From a virus (lineage: Duplodnaviria; Caudoviricetes): DNA of 32,398 nt. Positions 8,547 through 19,322 of this stretch are shown piece by piece (the stretch's first letter is position 1; each line of letters opens with the position of its first letter). The notes beneath the pieces are model-generated. The model saw nothing but the letters and a program-made list of their open reading frames with translations, was not told the DNA's origin and made no database searches. The stretch covers positions 1 through 32,398 of IMG/VR virus record IMGVR_UViG_3300030330_005657. The stretch is one strand, 5' to 3'. Position numbers and translations under genes: made by a program.

Positions 8547-9982
8547 GGTTCAATATTCCTAAATGCTTCAATGGTACATCGTAAACCATGTCCATTATGT
8601 GAATCTGGATGTGTAAGTACTTCAATTCCAAAGTATTGACCTGCTCCTACTTCAATGAAGTTCCCACTATTATTTGTGGTGTGATTCCACTCACAAACAC
8701 CTGTTGCAGAGCTTCCCGAAGGTCTAGAGAAAGTAGGGAGGGTGACAGCTTGGCTTGTGGTATTCCCTACCATATTTGCAACATTTGTATATGTGTTTAA
8801 AGCGAAAGAATAGTCGGTACTTGATGATGTACCTGCATGAAGCATTGTAAGTTGGATATTCGCAATTGCGATTATTGCTCCTGTTGTATTCTTAAACATA
8901 ATGTGACAGTAATTACCCTGCGATGTTGCGCTTGCACTAGCATTCACACTTCGGATGTCTGGGTGCTCATTTCCTGTTGCTGTCAACTTGCCTTCTATTG
9001 ACTGATCAGCAGATTGTGTATAGATAAGACGCTCGATCTCTAGGATTTTACCTTGAGAGTTAAAAGTAGATCCAACTTTGAGGACTCCTCCTCTAACCGA
9101 GTTTGTAGGAACGTCATCTTGAGTCATAATGACTTCAAGACCACCTGCATTGTCTCGCTTTAGTTTGAAAGTACTTGCTGACTGATCATACATGATTTGA
9201 GGTATTTCACTACCCCCACGTCTAAAGTTGATAATGGCATCTTCTGCAACATTATCTTCGTTCAAAGTAAGGTTGCCATCAATCGCCACATCTGTTGCGA
9301 GTTGAGCATCAACTTCAACGTTATTCCCGTTTGTCGCTACTGCAAAAGCTACGTTTGAGTCTGTAGACTTAAAAACAAGGTCTCCCGCTCCAGAGTCTAG
9401 AGTTTGAGTTGTTCCACCAACGGTCACCTCAATGTTCCCACCGCTAGGTACTGCATTTACCCATTTGTTGCCGTTATATTTAAGGAACTCTCCGTTAGAC
9501 AGTGTGCCAAGAGATACACCCGTAAGATCATTAAGTTCGGTATCATCAATTGCAGACACCCACTCATGCGCCTTTGTATGCCAATCTCTTTCGCCCTTTG
9601 CAGGCTTCTCTAAGCCTCGATTCGTACTGTTCACCCGAACGGTCACAAAAGAGGAGTTCGGTGCTACAATCTGGTCGGTAGCACTCTTCTCTCCAGTAGT
9701 AGAGTTTGTAGCAATCACCATAATTCGGTAATTGCCCCATACATCGATATTGTTCAACCTCGGTTCTTGTATTGAGGAATCACTGAAGGAGGCATTGCTC
9801 CCGCTAGGCTTATCTACGAACGACCAATTGTAGGAGAACGATGCATTGGTGTCACTGTCATCGACAGCAACGGCAAAGAGTGCCTGTGTTGTTGTTAAGT
9901 CTACTTGTGGGATTTCAGCATCTACTAGATTATTATATTGATTGTTGATAGACGCGGTACTTGCGTATACTGTAATAGCCAT
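8543..9982 (-). CDS. Tail fibre / receptor-binding-like protein with N-terminal PKD/Ig-like domain
   Basis: SYNWSFVDKPSGS (PKD-like), LNDLTGV...NGEFLKYNGNKWVN fibre repeat motif, and a Ser/Thr/Asn-rich beta C-terminus. Confidence 0.6.
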   Translation of the reverse strand: MAITVYASTASINNQYNNLVDAEIPQVDLTTTQALFAVAVDDSDTNASFSYNWSFVDKPSGSNASFSDSSIQEPRLNNIDVWGNYRIMVIATNSTTGEKSATDQIVAPNSSFVTVRVNSTNRGLEKPAKGERDWHTKAHEWVSAIDDTELNDLTGVSLGTLSNGEFLKYNGNKWVNAVPSGGNIEVTVGGTTQTLDSGAGDLVFKSTDSNVAFAVATNGNNVEVDAQLATDVAIDGNLTLNEDNVAEDAIINFRRGGSEIPQIMYDQSASTFKLKRDNAGGLEVIMTQDDVPTNSVRGGVLKVGSTFNSQGKILEIERLIYTQSADQSIEGKLTATGNEHPDIRSVNASASATSQGNYCHIMFKNTTGAIIAIANIQLTMLHAGTSSSTDYSFALNTYTNVANMVGNTTSQAVTLPTFSRPSGSSATGVCEWNHTTNNSGNFIEVGAGQYFGIEVLTHPDSHNGHGLRCTIEAFRNIEP

Positions 9983-9991
9983 TGTGCCTCC

Positions 9992-11446
9992 TTACGGTTT
10001 AATGAGTTCAAAGTCAATTTTTACAGGGATTCTGACCACTGTAGTAAAAGGAGATGAATCATACTCATCATTAAAATAGTCATAAACCCCCGATAAAGAG
10101 ACTTTAATCCCTTTAAAAGCAGTAGAAGTGTCACTTAGGTTTTGATACGTATTACTTGATACCTTAAAGATATCATTGTAATTTGCACTCGAAGTAATGT
10201 CATCGGAAAAAGGTTGAGCGTGAATAGGACGCATGAAATGGTTAGGAGCATCTTCCTTAAGTGCAAGGGCATTCACGACATCTACACTCATACGTATCCC
10301 ATAACCAGAGTAAGTATCTCCAAAGTCAATAGCGAGTACTGAGTTTGCAAGACTCCAACGGTCAGCGTCCCAACTACTAATAGCGGTTGTTGAAGGTAGA
10401 GTATGTAAGAACTCATAATCGTAATATGCGGAGATTCCAGAACTTAAAGTAGATCCATCGTTTGCATTAATATAAAAATCTGTTTCGATGGTGTGGCTAT
10501 CGTTTGCTGGGTCAGATATCAAAGTGAAGATGACAGAGCCTTTTTTGTTACTATTTAGACGCTCTTCTAAATTACTACCTCTTTGGTACAAGGCATCAAG
10601 AGATAAGTAAGGAAGCCCGTTAAACGGGGAAGTTGATGTGCTAGGGATACCTGCATCCGCAGACCCGTTCCCACGAATATCCACAATTTGTTTGCGAATG
10701 GTTCTAAGAGCAGTCCGTAATCCACCTTCAAAAAGTAAGGATGCAAATCCCGAACTACTATCCAGTGTAAAGTCTCCATCGGTGAAGTACACGTCATCAG
10801 CAAAAGTGTACAATTCAATTGATTGAGATGCACTAGGTAGTTCAACAACATCGTTATTCACGTCCCAATCAATGATTCGCCCTATTTTAGTATATCCTCC
10901 TGCGGGAGTGGTGTGATTTAGTGTAAATTCCACCGCATACTTAAAACGAGTATCTACTGGGTTTGTTGTTTCCGTGTCATCTGATGTATCCCAAAAACGA
11001 CGGTTATCTAGTGTGGTAGCAAATTCGCTTTTTCTAACCCAAATATAAGGAAATAGCGTGTTATTACTCGGATTAAACCCAGAGGTGCGTGGCCCATCGG
11101 GAAGGGCGTTGTTGCTACCATAATACGTTTGAACCGCTTGGAGTGCTGAAGCGTAATTTAAGTCACCATTGTTTGGAAGACTTGCATCAAAAGCGATCAT
11201 TCGATTTTCTAAAGATCCTGTGTAATCAACATCAATATGGGATTCTATATAGATAAAGTCGGGGAACACAATATTAGGTGAACTAATGCTTATATTAGAT
11301 TTATTAGGGATCGTTAATAAACCCGAAATTCCCCCAATAAGATTACCGAACGCTTTTGCCATGTACGTGTACATATTATCTTGAAGTGCGTTTACATCAA
11401 CAAGGTCAAGACGTTCAAGAGCGTGAAACTTTACTTTGTTCTCCAT
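9992..11446 (-). CDS. Baseplate/tail-fibre anchoring structural protein
   Basis: Follows baseplate J; N-terminal VKFHALERLDLVDVNALQ resembles the start of myovirus fibre/baseplate proteins; SD GGAG present. Confidence 0.5.
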   Translation of the reverse strand: MENKVKFHALERLDLVDVNALQDNMYTYMAKAFGNLIGGISGLLTIPNKSNISISSPNIVFPDFIYIESHIDVDYTGSLENRMIAFDASLPNNGDLNYASALQAVQTYYGSNNALPDGPRTSGFNPSNNTLFPYIWVRKSEFATTLDNRRFWDTSDDTETTNPVDTRFKYAVEFTLNHTTPAGGYTKIGRIIDWDVNNDVVELPSASQSIELYTFADDVYFTDGDFTLDSSSGFASLLFEGGLRTALRTIRKQIVDIRGNGSADAGIPSTSTSPFNGLPYLSLDALYQRGSNLEERLNSNKKGSVIFTLISDPANDSHTIETDFYINANDGSTLSSGISAYYDYEFLHTLPSTTAISSWDADRWSLANSVLAIDFGDTYSGYGIRMSVDVVNALALKEDAPNHFMRPIHAQPFSDDITSSANYNDIFKVSSNTYQNLSDTSTAFKGIKVSLSGVYDYFNDEYDSSPFTTVVRIPVKIDFELIKP

Positions 11447-11448
11447 TT

Positions 11449-12855
11449 TTAGTCCTCCGAAGCATTCGTGATCGTAATTTTACCACTGTCTGTTCTTATA
11501 GCATGAGTTGGGTCAGATGGGAATTGGTTTTCAAGACGAGTAGAAGAGTTTTGAGCGAAGAACTTGATGTCCCTTACCCCCTCAACATCTTTACATTGCG
11601 CGATGAGATCAGAGATATACAACGGTTCACTTGGTGCAAGGTTATTAACAAAGTCAACAATGGCAGTTCGAACTTGCACTTCAATTGGGTCAAAGAGGTA
11701 CCCAACGTCTGCACTTAAGTACACATCACAACTAAAGTCTTGTTTCTCTGCAACCTTCACTACACAACGAGTCCCCGAAGCTCTAAACCCTGTTAGTACG
11801 CTTGCGTTGTCAACATCCCCTTCGATCTCGCTTTGAAGTTCAGAGATAAACCCTGTATACACGTTGTATCCACTAATTTCCCAAGTGTAGCCTGCTTGGA
11901 GGACACCTTCAGCGACATACAAGATACCACGTTCTGGAATGGAGGTGATTTGATCTGCGTTGACATTCACGACATTCCCTGCGTTTCGAACAACAAGGTT
12001 GGCTGTTGTAATTGGGGCAGTTGCGGGAGCTTCGTGAAAAAGAACACGATATCCGCTTGTAGGAACAGTACCTGTCGTCGTGGTGCCTTCAGTGGATACC
12101 GATTCAACATCGAGTCCACTTCCATCATCAACAACAAGTTCGGAGACGGAAGGAGTCTCTGGATTTTCGAAGATACGTGCGAACTTCATTTTGTCTCCAT
12201 TTGAGGAGATAAAAGAAAGGGCGAGGAACTCTAACGAGGATGTGGAGCACCGACTTAAAGATCTGAGGTAATTGTATGCACGTTGCTTCAATTGGTCATC
12301 AGACTCTTCGTCTCCACCGTTCGATAGAGGTTGCGTATTTGTCACCTCAATCACCTCATCGGGCATTGAGACAATGACACTAATGGTGCCTGCACTCGTG
12401 TTCCCAGAGAACCCTGCATTGGTCGCAACAATCTGCACGTTCTCAACTACACCATTATTTGCAGGGATAATCACGTCGGAGGTCGTCCGATACTTGATTC
12501 CTGCAACGGTACTTACAACACTGTTTGCGGGAATCGTTAAAGCACTTGTGTATGGCAGGCTTCTAGTAATCTTTAGTGTACTTGCACTCGCATTGGTCGC
12601 AGGGAGTCTTGAAATACCTGCAGGAGGCAATTCTGCGACTCTTTCATCAAGTTCTGCACCTGTGGCTCCCGCAAGGAAGAAAGCCTCTCTTACATTGAAG
12701 ATACGACGCTCTGCACTTGCTAACTCGTGTGAAAAAGCAGAGAGCAGAGTATTCAGAACCGATCCCGCTTGGATATCATTCAAGTCGGTTCGCCCTATGG
12801 TCATTGCTCTCAAGTCTCTAAGGATCTCATTATGAGATTTCGGGGTATATGGCAT
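11449..12855 (-). CDS. Baseplate J-like wedge protein
   Basis: GSVLNTLL, ATGAELD, IPANSVV, AGFSGN...GTI and NGGDEESDDQLKQR are Baseplate_J motifs. Confidence 0.9.
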   Translation of the reverse strand: MPYTPKSHNEILRDLRAMTIGRTDLNDIQAGSVLNTLLSAFSHELASAERRIFNVREAFFLAGATGAELDERVAELPPAGISRLPATNASASTLKITRSLPYTSALTIPANSVVSTVAGIKYRTTSDVIIPANNGVVENVQIVATNAGFSGNTSAGTISVIVSMPDEVIEVTNTQPLSNGGDEESDDQLKQRAYNYLRSLSRCSTSSLEFLALSFISSNGDKMKFARIFENPETPSVSELVVDDGSGLDVESVSTEGTTTTGTVPTSGYRVLFHEAPATAPITTANLVVRNAGNVVNVNADQITSIPERGILYVAEGVLQAGYTWEISGYNVYTGFISELQSEIEGDVDNASVLTGFRASGTRCVVKVAEKQDFSCDVYLSADVGYLFDPIEVQVRTAIVDFVNNLAPSEPLYISDLIAQCKDVEGVRDIKFFAQNSSTRLENQFPSDPTHAIRTDSGKITITNASED

Positions 12856-12856
12856 T

Positions 12857-14494
12857 TTAGTCTCCTACTGGTACAATGATATTAACAGAATCCCCTTCAA
12901 ATGGCACTACATTTAGATCAAGAAATGCACGATCATCTTCTTGCTCAAGTTTCACATCAGATACACTGAGGACACGAGGATCTCTAAGTAATTGGTCAAC
13001 AACTTGTAGCGAGATAAATGCATTCGGTGTTGTTGTCCCAATGATATCGGGGAATCCGTACTCCGCGTCATCAATAAGCCCTCCTTGAAAGGTTCTTATC
13101 CTGTTTGTTACCGCTTGTACAAAGTTATCTTCCCCAGACACAAGTTTTAGGTCTCCACCTAGCAATTGAAGATCCCCATCAACGAGGGCAATATCAGTAA
13201 GAAGTGTGCTTCCGTTACCTACGATATTAGGTATAGCAGAGACACCAAGTTGTGTGGGTTCACTCGGCAGAAAAATCGTGTCCCCTGCACTCGGTGGATA
13301 CCCCGAACTTGTTGTGTTTGCATCCAACCAATCGTTAAGGTCTGCGATTTCTGTCCAACGGTTCACGTCGTTGTACACGCTGACTGCAACACGATACAGG
13401 TTTTCACCTGCACGCAATATGTACTTATACTTAGGTTGTTCCTGCCCATCGTTTGTAGATACAACGTTATCTGTCGTTTGGAAAGAAGCTAACGTGGAGT
13501 ACCCATTATCTTTATCAAGGAAGGAGCCTCCACTTACTCTGCTATTCGATACACGGTACGACTGAAGATTGTACACGTTATACAACCCGATGAGTAGCTC
13601 AAGTTGATACACGTTTTCTTCTGCTTGAAGTGCAAGAGACTCTTCACTTAAACCAAGTTCAATCAGCGTGTTTTTCACATCGGTGAAACCATCATTAATT
13701 TGATTCTCTGCATAGAAGGAAGGGAAATCATCTGTGAAGATACTTTTAACTTCGTCTCCAATTTTGACGATTGTCGTCCCCACTTCGTAAATCGTATCAA
13801 TTGCTTTGAGGACAGTATTCCTAGTAGATTGAACTGCTCCCCTAGCAGATTGAGCAATGTTCAAGACAGAGCGTGATGCACGAGACACACTATTGAATAG
13901 TTCACGTACGGGACGGTTGAAAGAGTCCACTTGTTGTTCAATAAAAGTATCTAGGTCATTGGCTACAACTGTAAAACCGTCTATAGTGCTTGTTAAATCG
14001 GCAAAGAATTGTTCAAAATCGTTTAGTTTTAGCTCTAGTTTTACTTCGGAATAACAAACGAGTTCAAGTTGCCACGTATACCCTAGTCTACTCCCGCTTA
14101 CGGAGGAGTTATACGTAAATGCTACAGGGAATGCATCCCGATAATGCTTCCCTTTTTGTAGGTCAAAGAAGTCAATACTACGACCATCTTCTCGGTACTT
14201 CTGTAAGAACTCCTCAAAAGATTGAAGGATCTTTTCTATAGAGGCTAGTGTCTTCACCCCATTTATATCTACGAAGTTTCTTTTTGCAACACCAGAGAAC
14301 CCTTCAATAGAGATTGTCCAATGCACTTTATTGCTACGCCTAGAAAGAGGAGTCCCATCAATGGAGTAGAAGTGCTCATGCACTGTCTGCTGGTTGACAG
14401 TGACAGCGTTAGGTTGGTTTGGAAGGAGAAATGTGTTCGTGAAGTTCTTAAAAAAGTAGTCTATGCGTGCACTCTCATTAGGCTCAAGTAACAT
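12857..14494 (-). CDS. Baseplate protein: tube-initiator-like N-terminus, LysM domain and gp25-like (sheath initiator) C-terminus
   Basis: YILRAGENLYRVAVSVYNDVNRWTEIADLN (LysM); GDLKLVSGEDNFVQAV..R..T..G......YG...DPRV (gp25/DUF2634-like). Confidence 0.75.
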   Translation of the reverse strand: MLLEPNESARIDYFFKNFTNTFLLPNQPNAVTVNQQTVHEHFYSIDGTPLSRRSNKVHWTISIEGFSGVAKRNFVDINGVKTLASIEKILQSFEEFLQKYREDGRSIDFFDLQKGKHYRDAFPVAFTYNSSVSGSRLGYTWQLELVCYSEVKLELKLNDFEQFFADLTSTIDGFTVVANDLDTFIEQQVDSFNRPVRELFNSVSRASRSVLNIAQSARGAVQSTRNTVLKAIDTIYEVGTTIVKIGDEVKSIFTDDFPSFYAENQINDGFTDVKNTLIELGLSEESLALQAEENVYQLELLIGLYNVYNLQSYRVSNSRVSGGSFLDKDNGYSTLASFQTTDNVVSTNDGQEQPKYKYILRAGENLYRVAVSVYNDVNRWTEIADLNDWLDANTTSSGYPPSAGDTIFLPSEPTQLGVSAIPNIVGNGSTLLTDIALVDGDLQLLGGDLKLVSGEDNFVQAVTNRIRTFQGGLIDDAEYGFPDIIGTTTPNAFISLQVVDQLLRDPRVLSVSDVKLEQEDDRAFLDLNVVPFEGDSVNIIVPVGD

Positions 14495-14504
14495 GGTGTG
14501 TCTC

Positions 14505-15200
14505 CTACGGAATCTTGATGGATGTGTTTTGCGTGGACTCGCAATCTGATTTTGCCACAGCGGAACTTGAAATGTTAGTAGAAAGTGGCACTTGATATGT
14601 AGCTAATACTGCCCGCGTTAGAGGGTCAGTTTGAGCACTTGTCATTACAGGGCCGAGTAACTTTTCTACGGCACCTGTCAAAGTATTGATCCGAGCTTCC
14701 ATCTCAGCAATGTACTCAAACAGTTCGTCTAAGAAAGGTTGTCCATTCAAGATGTAGTTTTCACTTGTCCCTTGTTGGCTTATTCTAAGCACTCCTTCAT
14801 TGAGTTGTAGTCTCATATTGGGAGACTTTAGAGTAAGGTCATGCACTGGAGACATATTAATGGTGCTATTTGTGTTCCTAAGCACCGTTTCAGTGTGATG
14901 GTGCCCATTGTAATCCGCATCCATATTCAAAGAGGTTTGTGCAGAGGTGCTCACCGCCACTTGATCAGCGTTATCGGGTATGCCTCCAATAATATAATAG
15001 ACTTTACCTCGATTTACGGAGGAGATAACAACTTCTGCCCCTTCAGAGACAGGAGACATCATGTACTTAGCATCGAACCCTCCACAAGAAGAAGATACGA
15101 AACACGGGAAGTACACAGCACCGTTTGGAGTGGTTACTGTATACATTGGGGAGCCATCTAAGGCTTCCTCTACTTTAATGACGGTTCCTGCGTATATCAT
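14505..15200 (-). CDS. Baseplate spike/assembly protein (gpV/Gp138-like N-terminal OB fold)
   Basis: GTVIKV...PVSEGAEVVI......YIIG OB-fold pattern; follows the hub gene. Confidence 0.6.
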   Translation of the reverse strand: MIYAGTVIKVEEALDGSPMYTVTTPNGAVYFPCFVSSSCGGFDAKYMMSPVSEGAEVVISSVNRGKVYYIIGGIPDNADQVAVSTSAQTSLNMDADYNGHHHTETVLRNTNSTINMSPVHDLTLKSPNMRLQLNEGVLRISQQGTSENYILNGQPFLDELFEYIAEMEARINTLTGAVEKLLGPVMTSAQTDPLTRAVLATYQVPLSTNISSSAVAKSDCESTQNTSIKIP

Positions 15201-16567
15201 TTTGTTCCCTTATTTTTAGGTCTTGCAGTATTTTCTTCTTGTATATCGGGTTCAACAAAGGAAGCAACTTCATTCTCGAAATTTCCACGCTCGAAGTCGT
15301 ACACATACGTTGCACTCATCACGCCTTCTTCACTCATCCTAAAGCTTTTTGTGACTCTATGTATGTAAAAGGTAAAACTGTCAGAACGCACCCATTGCCC
15401 TGCGACCAGAGGAGTACCCCCTTCTTGAGTAATTGACCCCCTACAGAATTTACTACCTTCACCAATAGTGAGGTAAATGCGCTGTGCTAATGCATTGTGC
15501 AGACGAAGGTTCTTTTGTTGTATCGCCTTAGTTTTACCCTTAGCAAATACAAAAGGCGAGGTGACCGAAAAACTACGAAGCCCTCTGTGATTAATATCCT
15601 CTGCATTGTAAATCGGAACCGTATTTTTACGAAAGAAGTTTCTTTGGTGTCCGTTTGCATCAGCAAAAGGATTCTCTACAAAAACAAGGTTTATGTGGTC
15701 TTCTTCATCGAAGGAGTATCTAAGCTCCGTAACTCGTTTACGATCAAGGGACGGTACAAATGTACCTCTTATTTGAGGAAAGAACTCTTGAAACAACGCA
15801 TACTCGTAATCACGTGTCGGGTTCACAGGTTTATATCTAAACATGATGCTTAATTGAGGAAGACCATCTAGAAGTCTCGTGAAACAAAACAATTCAAAGA
15901 ACTGAGGGAGCACATTGAATAATTGGTTAATAATCGCCCAATGAGACATATTGTTTGCGTATGCACCTTGATATTGAGTGAGGAGCACTCCATTAATCAC
16001 ATTTTCTGGGCCATCTTCGTACGGGGTATCTTCGGAGAGAATATTCCCATCAAAAATACTAATCAAGTCTCCTAACCTAAAGCCTTTATATTTATAATGT
16101 GCAAGTTGTTCTATGAACTTCCCAAGTACTATGGCAGGACGAGACTGTTCTTCTAGCTCTTCCCGCAAAACTTTTAGGATACCAGAATTATAATCTGCTA
16201 TTCTGAAGACTGCGCTTTTGTCCACATCGGGGAGATTGGTGACTGCCTGCTTAAACTCCCCTCGCATTAGAAGGTATGCCCACGATACACAAGAGATTGT
16301 GATGTGAGTAATTCTCACCCCGTTGGAGAGAGTGTGCTGACTTTGACTAAGTGCACGAATCAATCCAAAGAACACCGTTCCTTCATCCCCTATGATGGTC
16401 ACGAATTGTCCAGTCTCAAAGTTGAAGGTATTTTCTGCCTCCATCTCAATGGATGCACTCCCGTAAGGCGCACTCCGAATCGTGTCCTCGATACGAACTG
16501 ACTTTACTTGGGACTTGTACTCTGCCCCATTGATATCAACGCTTAGTTTTACAGGTTTTATGTTCAT
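15197..16567 (-). CDS. Baseplate hub protein (T4 gp27 / Mu gp44-like)
   Basis: Directly after the tape measure gene; GQFVTI...VFFGLI, INHRGLR and GQWV...FYIHRVTKSF are hub-like patterns. Confidence 0.6.
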   Translation of the reverse strand: MNIKPVKLSVDINGAEYKSQVKSVRIEDTIRSAPYGSASIEMEAENTFNFETGQFVTIIGDEGTVFFGLIRALSQSQHTLSNGVRITHITISCVSWAYLLMRGEFKQAVTNLPDVDKSAVFRIADYNSGILKVLREELEEQSRPAIVLGKFIEQLAHYKYKGFRLGDLISIFDGNILSEDTPYEDGPENVINGVLLTQYQGAYANNMSHWAIINQLFNVLPQFFELFCFTRLLDGLPQLSIMFRYKPVNPTRDYEYALFQEFFPQIRGTFVPSLDRKRVTELRYSFDEEDHINLVFVENPFADANGHQRNFFRKNTVPIYNAEDINHRGLRSFSVTSPFVFAKGKTKAIQQKNLRLHNALAQRIYLTIGEGSKFCRGSITQEGGTPLVAGQWVRSDSFTFYIHRVTKSFRMSEEGVMSATYVYDFERGNFENEVASFVEPDIQEENTARPKNKGTK

Positions 16568-19056
16568 AATAGATTCTCAAGTGCTTTTCTTAGACCGTGA
16601 TCTTGAAAGTCACGTAAGAAATCAGCCATTCCACTAATCAAGACATTCGTTTTTGCTACTACTGTTGTTAAATCAGTCACTGCGCTCCCAATATTCTCAA
16701 TTTGGGATGCTTTAACCATTGTTTTTAGTACCGCTTCTTGATACTTAGTGTCCGCTGTTAACATCGCATCGAGTTTGGTGATCATGCTTTCACCATCTTT
16801 ACCTGTTGTAGAGTAAAGTTGTTTAATATCTGCCTGTTGTCTTTGAGCAAGTCTACGAGATACAACGAGTGAGTTCTCAGTAATCGTTTCTGGTATGTCA
16901 GTATCAAACTCTCCTCCTCCTCTTGCTTTACGGATTTGCCGGATTTGCCGTACTTGCCCTGTTGTAAATTGTTTACCTGTTAACGCAATGTTAATAAGCT
17001 CGTCGGACATTCCTTGTCCTTCTAACGTAGTTAATAGTTCTCTTGGAGAGCCACTAATCCGTTCTGAGATCCCTACCGCTTTGAAAAGATCACCACCTGC
17101 TTGTTCAAAAGCGGAAGCTTGTATCGCAAGGTCTACCATCCCTCCAAACATAGAAGTCAACCCTTGTCCTGCTTGTAGTGCTGTCCCTTGTACCTTACCT
17201 AATGTTGCAAGTCCTGCTTCTACCCCGACACCCATACTTTGAACTCTACTTGCAGTGTCCCGTAAAAAGTTCCCTCCTATTCCAAGTCCTGCAACCCTTC
17301 GACCTCTAGTAAAGTCTGCGATCCGAGATGCAAAATCCATCGCTTGGTTTCCTCGCATTCCAGACTTATTCATAAGACCGATGACATCACGAGAGCCAAG
17401 CCCTGCATTGAGCATCCCAAGTTGTCCTCCAATTTGAGCTACTTGGGAAGGGTTTATTCCCCGTACAGCCAAACTAGAAAGATCTGAGATAGAGAAGGAA
17501 TTATTTGGGTCTGCTACACCAACATCTTTTAGTAGAGATGCAGATTGACTAGGACTAATACCGAGTTCTGTACTTAGACCCATAATGGTGTCTACAGTAT
17601 ATCCACTCTCCATCAACCTGCCTTGTTGACGCATTTGTCCTGTATTGAGGAATTGTGCTTGCAAAGCAGTTAATTCCATCTCTGCACCCTGCCCTGCAAT
17701 ATTCCTAAGCATTTGCATAGGCAATGCAGTTAATGCCCCTACAGGGACACCGAAAGGGTTGATTGAACCAATAGATTGTGCGATGGAGGATCCCCCTGCT
17801 ACTCCCATTGCCATATTGAATGCGCCACCTATTGCACGCCTAGCCATTCGCCCGCTAAAATTAGCAAGGCGTAGCACATCCCCTCGATGCATCGCTCCTA
17901 ATGCAAACTCGGTGAGTCCACCTTTCCTTCGGCCTCCTGCCATCTTTTCTCGATGTTGTTCCCTTCGTTCCTCTATTTTTATTTGGTGCTCTTGCGCATC
18001 TTTCTGCTTCTCCATCGCAAGTTCATGCTGTAGTTGAATGTGCCCTTGTCGAATCATTCCACCGCGTTCTTGTCTCATGATTGAGCGTTCATGGGCAGTT
18101 TCTTTTTGACCTGCTGTATATTCATCTCGCGCGGTAGTGAATTGTTGACGATCTCTTTGCTGTTCCATCGCAAGATCGTGTCTTTTTTGAATAAGATCGC
18201 CTTTTGATTCTTGAGGCTTTGCACTTTTCGTTAGGTCTTTGAGTGCGTTCGATAGTTCTTTGACGACAGTCGTCAAGTCAGAGAAAGATTGTTGGACTTG
18301 AGGCTCTCCTCCTTTTACCTGTTTATTTGCACGAGAAAATGCTTTCTTTTCACTCTCAGATTCGGGTTCTAGACGTTGGCCTTGTATGATCGGGACAGTG
18401 TGTCCTGCCTCCGACCCTAATTGTTGTTGAGCAATCCCTAAAGCCTCCGAGAAAGCCATTGGCTTACTCACGTTTCGCTTTACTTGTCCTGCGATCAATT
18501 TACCTGCAAAAAGCTCTCCTTTAGTTGCCTCGTCTGGAAGATCTGCCACGGATCCAAAACCGAGTTGTTCAGCGTGGCTCTGTGCCCTTGCAAATTGATC
18601 ACCCGTATAAGCTTCTGCTTGTCTACTCACTTCTTGTCGTGCACCTGCCATAGTTGTTGGTGTAGACATTGGAGGAGCATATCCACGAGACTCAAAAACA
18701 TCAGCGAGTGCTCTAGCAGGATCACTATGTTGTTGGTACGCTTGTTCTAATTTCCTAAGATCTTGATTGTTGCGTCGTTCAAAGAACTCTTGCGCTACAC
18801 TCCCATGTTGCATCAATCCGATTGACTGATAGTGCTCTGGCCCGACAGCACTAAAATCAAGAGGGATAGGACGCAAAGTACGTGTCGGATCAAAAGGCCC
18901 AGAAGTCGATGCACGTGCGAGAGTAGCACTAAACCCTGCTTGGTCTTGCAGGATTTGAGCTTGTTGTTGCTTGTCTGTTATCCGTGTCCCTGCAGGATAT
19001 CCTTGTGCGACTCCAAAGGGGGAGTTAGGATTTGTCAAATCTGTCGAGGATGGCAT
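16564..19056 (-). CDS. Tape measure protein
   Basis: 830 aa, Ala/Gly/Gln-rich and helical, with a hydrophobic Gly-rich middle; immediately after the chaperone pair. Confidence 0.75.
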   Translation of the reverse strand: MPSSTDLTNPNSPFGVAQGYPAGTRITDKQQQAQILQDQAGFSATLARASTSGPFDPTRTLRPIPLDFSAVGPEHYQSIGLMQHGSVAQEFFERRNNQDLRKLEQAYQQHSDPARALADVFESRGYAPPMSTPTTMAGARQEVSRQAEAYTGDQFARAQSHAEQLGFGSVADLPDEATKGELFAGKLIAGQVKRNVSKPMAFSEALGIAQQQLGSEAGHTVPIIQGQRLEPESESEKKAFSRANKQVKGGEPQVQQSFSDLTTVVKELSNALKDLTKSAKPQESKGDLIQKRHDLAMEQQRDRQQFTTARDEYTAGQKETAHERSIMRQERGGMIRQGHIQLQHELAMEKQKDAQEHQIKIEERREQHREKMAGGRRKGGLTEFALGAMHRGDVLRLANFSGRMARRAIGGAFNMAMGVAGGSSIAQSIGSINPFGVPVGALTALPMQMLRNIAGQGAEMELTALQAQFLNTGQMRQQGRLMESGYTVDTIMGLSTELGISPSQSASLLKDVGVADPNNSFSISDLSSLAVRGINPSQVAQIGGQLGMLNAGLGSRDVIGLMNKSGMRGNQAMDFASRIADFTRGRRVAGLGIGGNFLRDTASRVQSMGVGVEAGLATLGKVQGTALQAGQGLTSMFGGMVDLAIQASAFEQAGGDLFKAVGISERISGSPRELLTTLEGQGMSDELINIALTGKQFTTGQVRQIRQIRKARGGGEFDTDIPETITENSLVVSRRLAQRQQADIKQLYSTTGKDGESMITKLDAMLTADTKYQEAVLKTMVKASQIENIGSAVTDLTTVVAKTNVLISGMADFLRDFQDHGLRKALENLL

Positions 19057-19322
19057 TGAAATCTTCTCCCTCTCTCAAGGCTTGTTCCATTTGATTGATG
19101 AACTCATCATTAGAGTTTAACTCAATTTGTTCATTAATCAAAGTCTCTTTTATAATGTTATCCCAAGATTCATTATTAAGAGTGAGAAGAGCAAACTCTA
19201 CATTTTCGCTGGCGTACAAATCATGCTGATTCGGGAGGCTCATCTTTCGAAAGTGCGGGACAAGTAATTGATACTCGTTTCTCTGCCGAGCCATCCGCAC
19301 TCTTTCTAGCATTTCCGCGAAA
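19025..19322 (-). CDS. Tail assembly chaperone C-terminal extension (gpT-like), probably reached by +1 frameshift
   Basis: Lies in the +1 frame overlapping the upstream chaperone. Its ATG at 19336 has GGAG only 1 nt upstream. UUU_CGC site at 19322-19317. Confidence 0.6.

Noticed and set aside
16929-16958. 9-bp repeat encoding VRQIRQIRK in the tape measure gene
   Set aside because: Small in-frame duplication, ordinary for tape measure genes.
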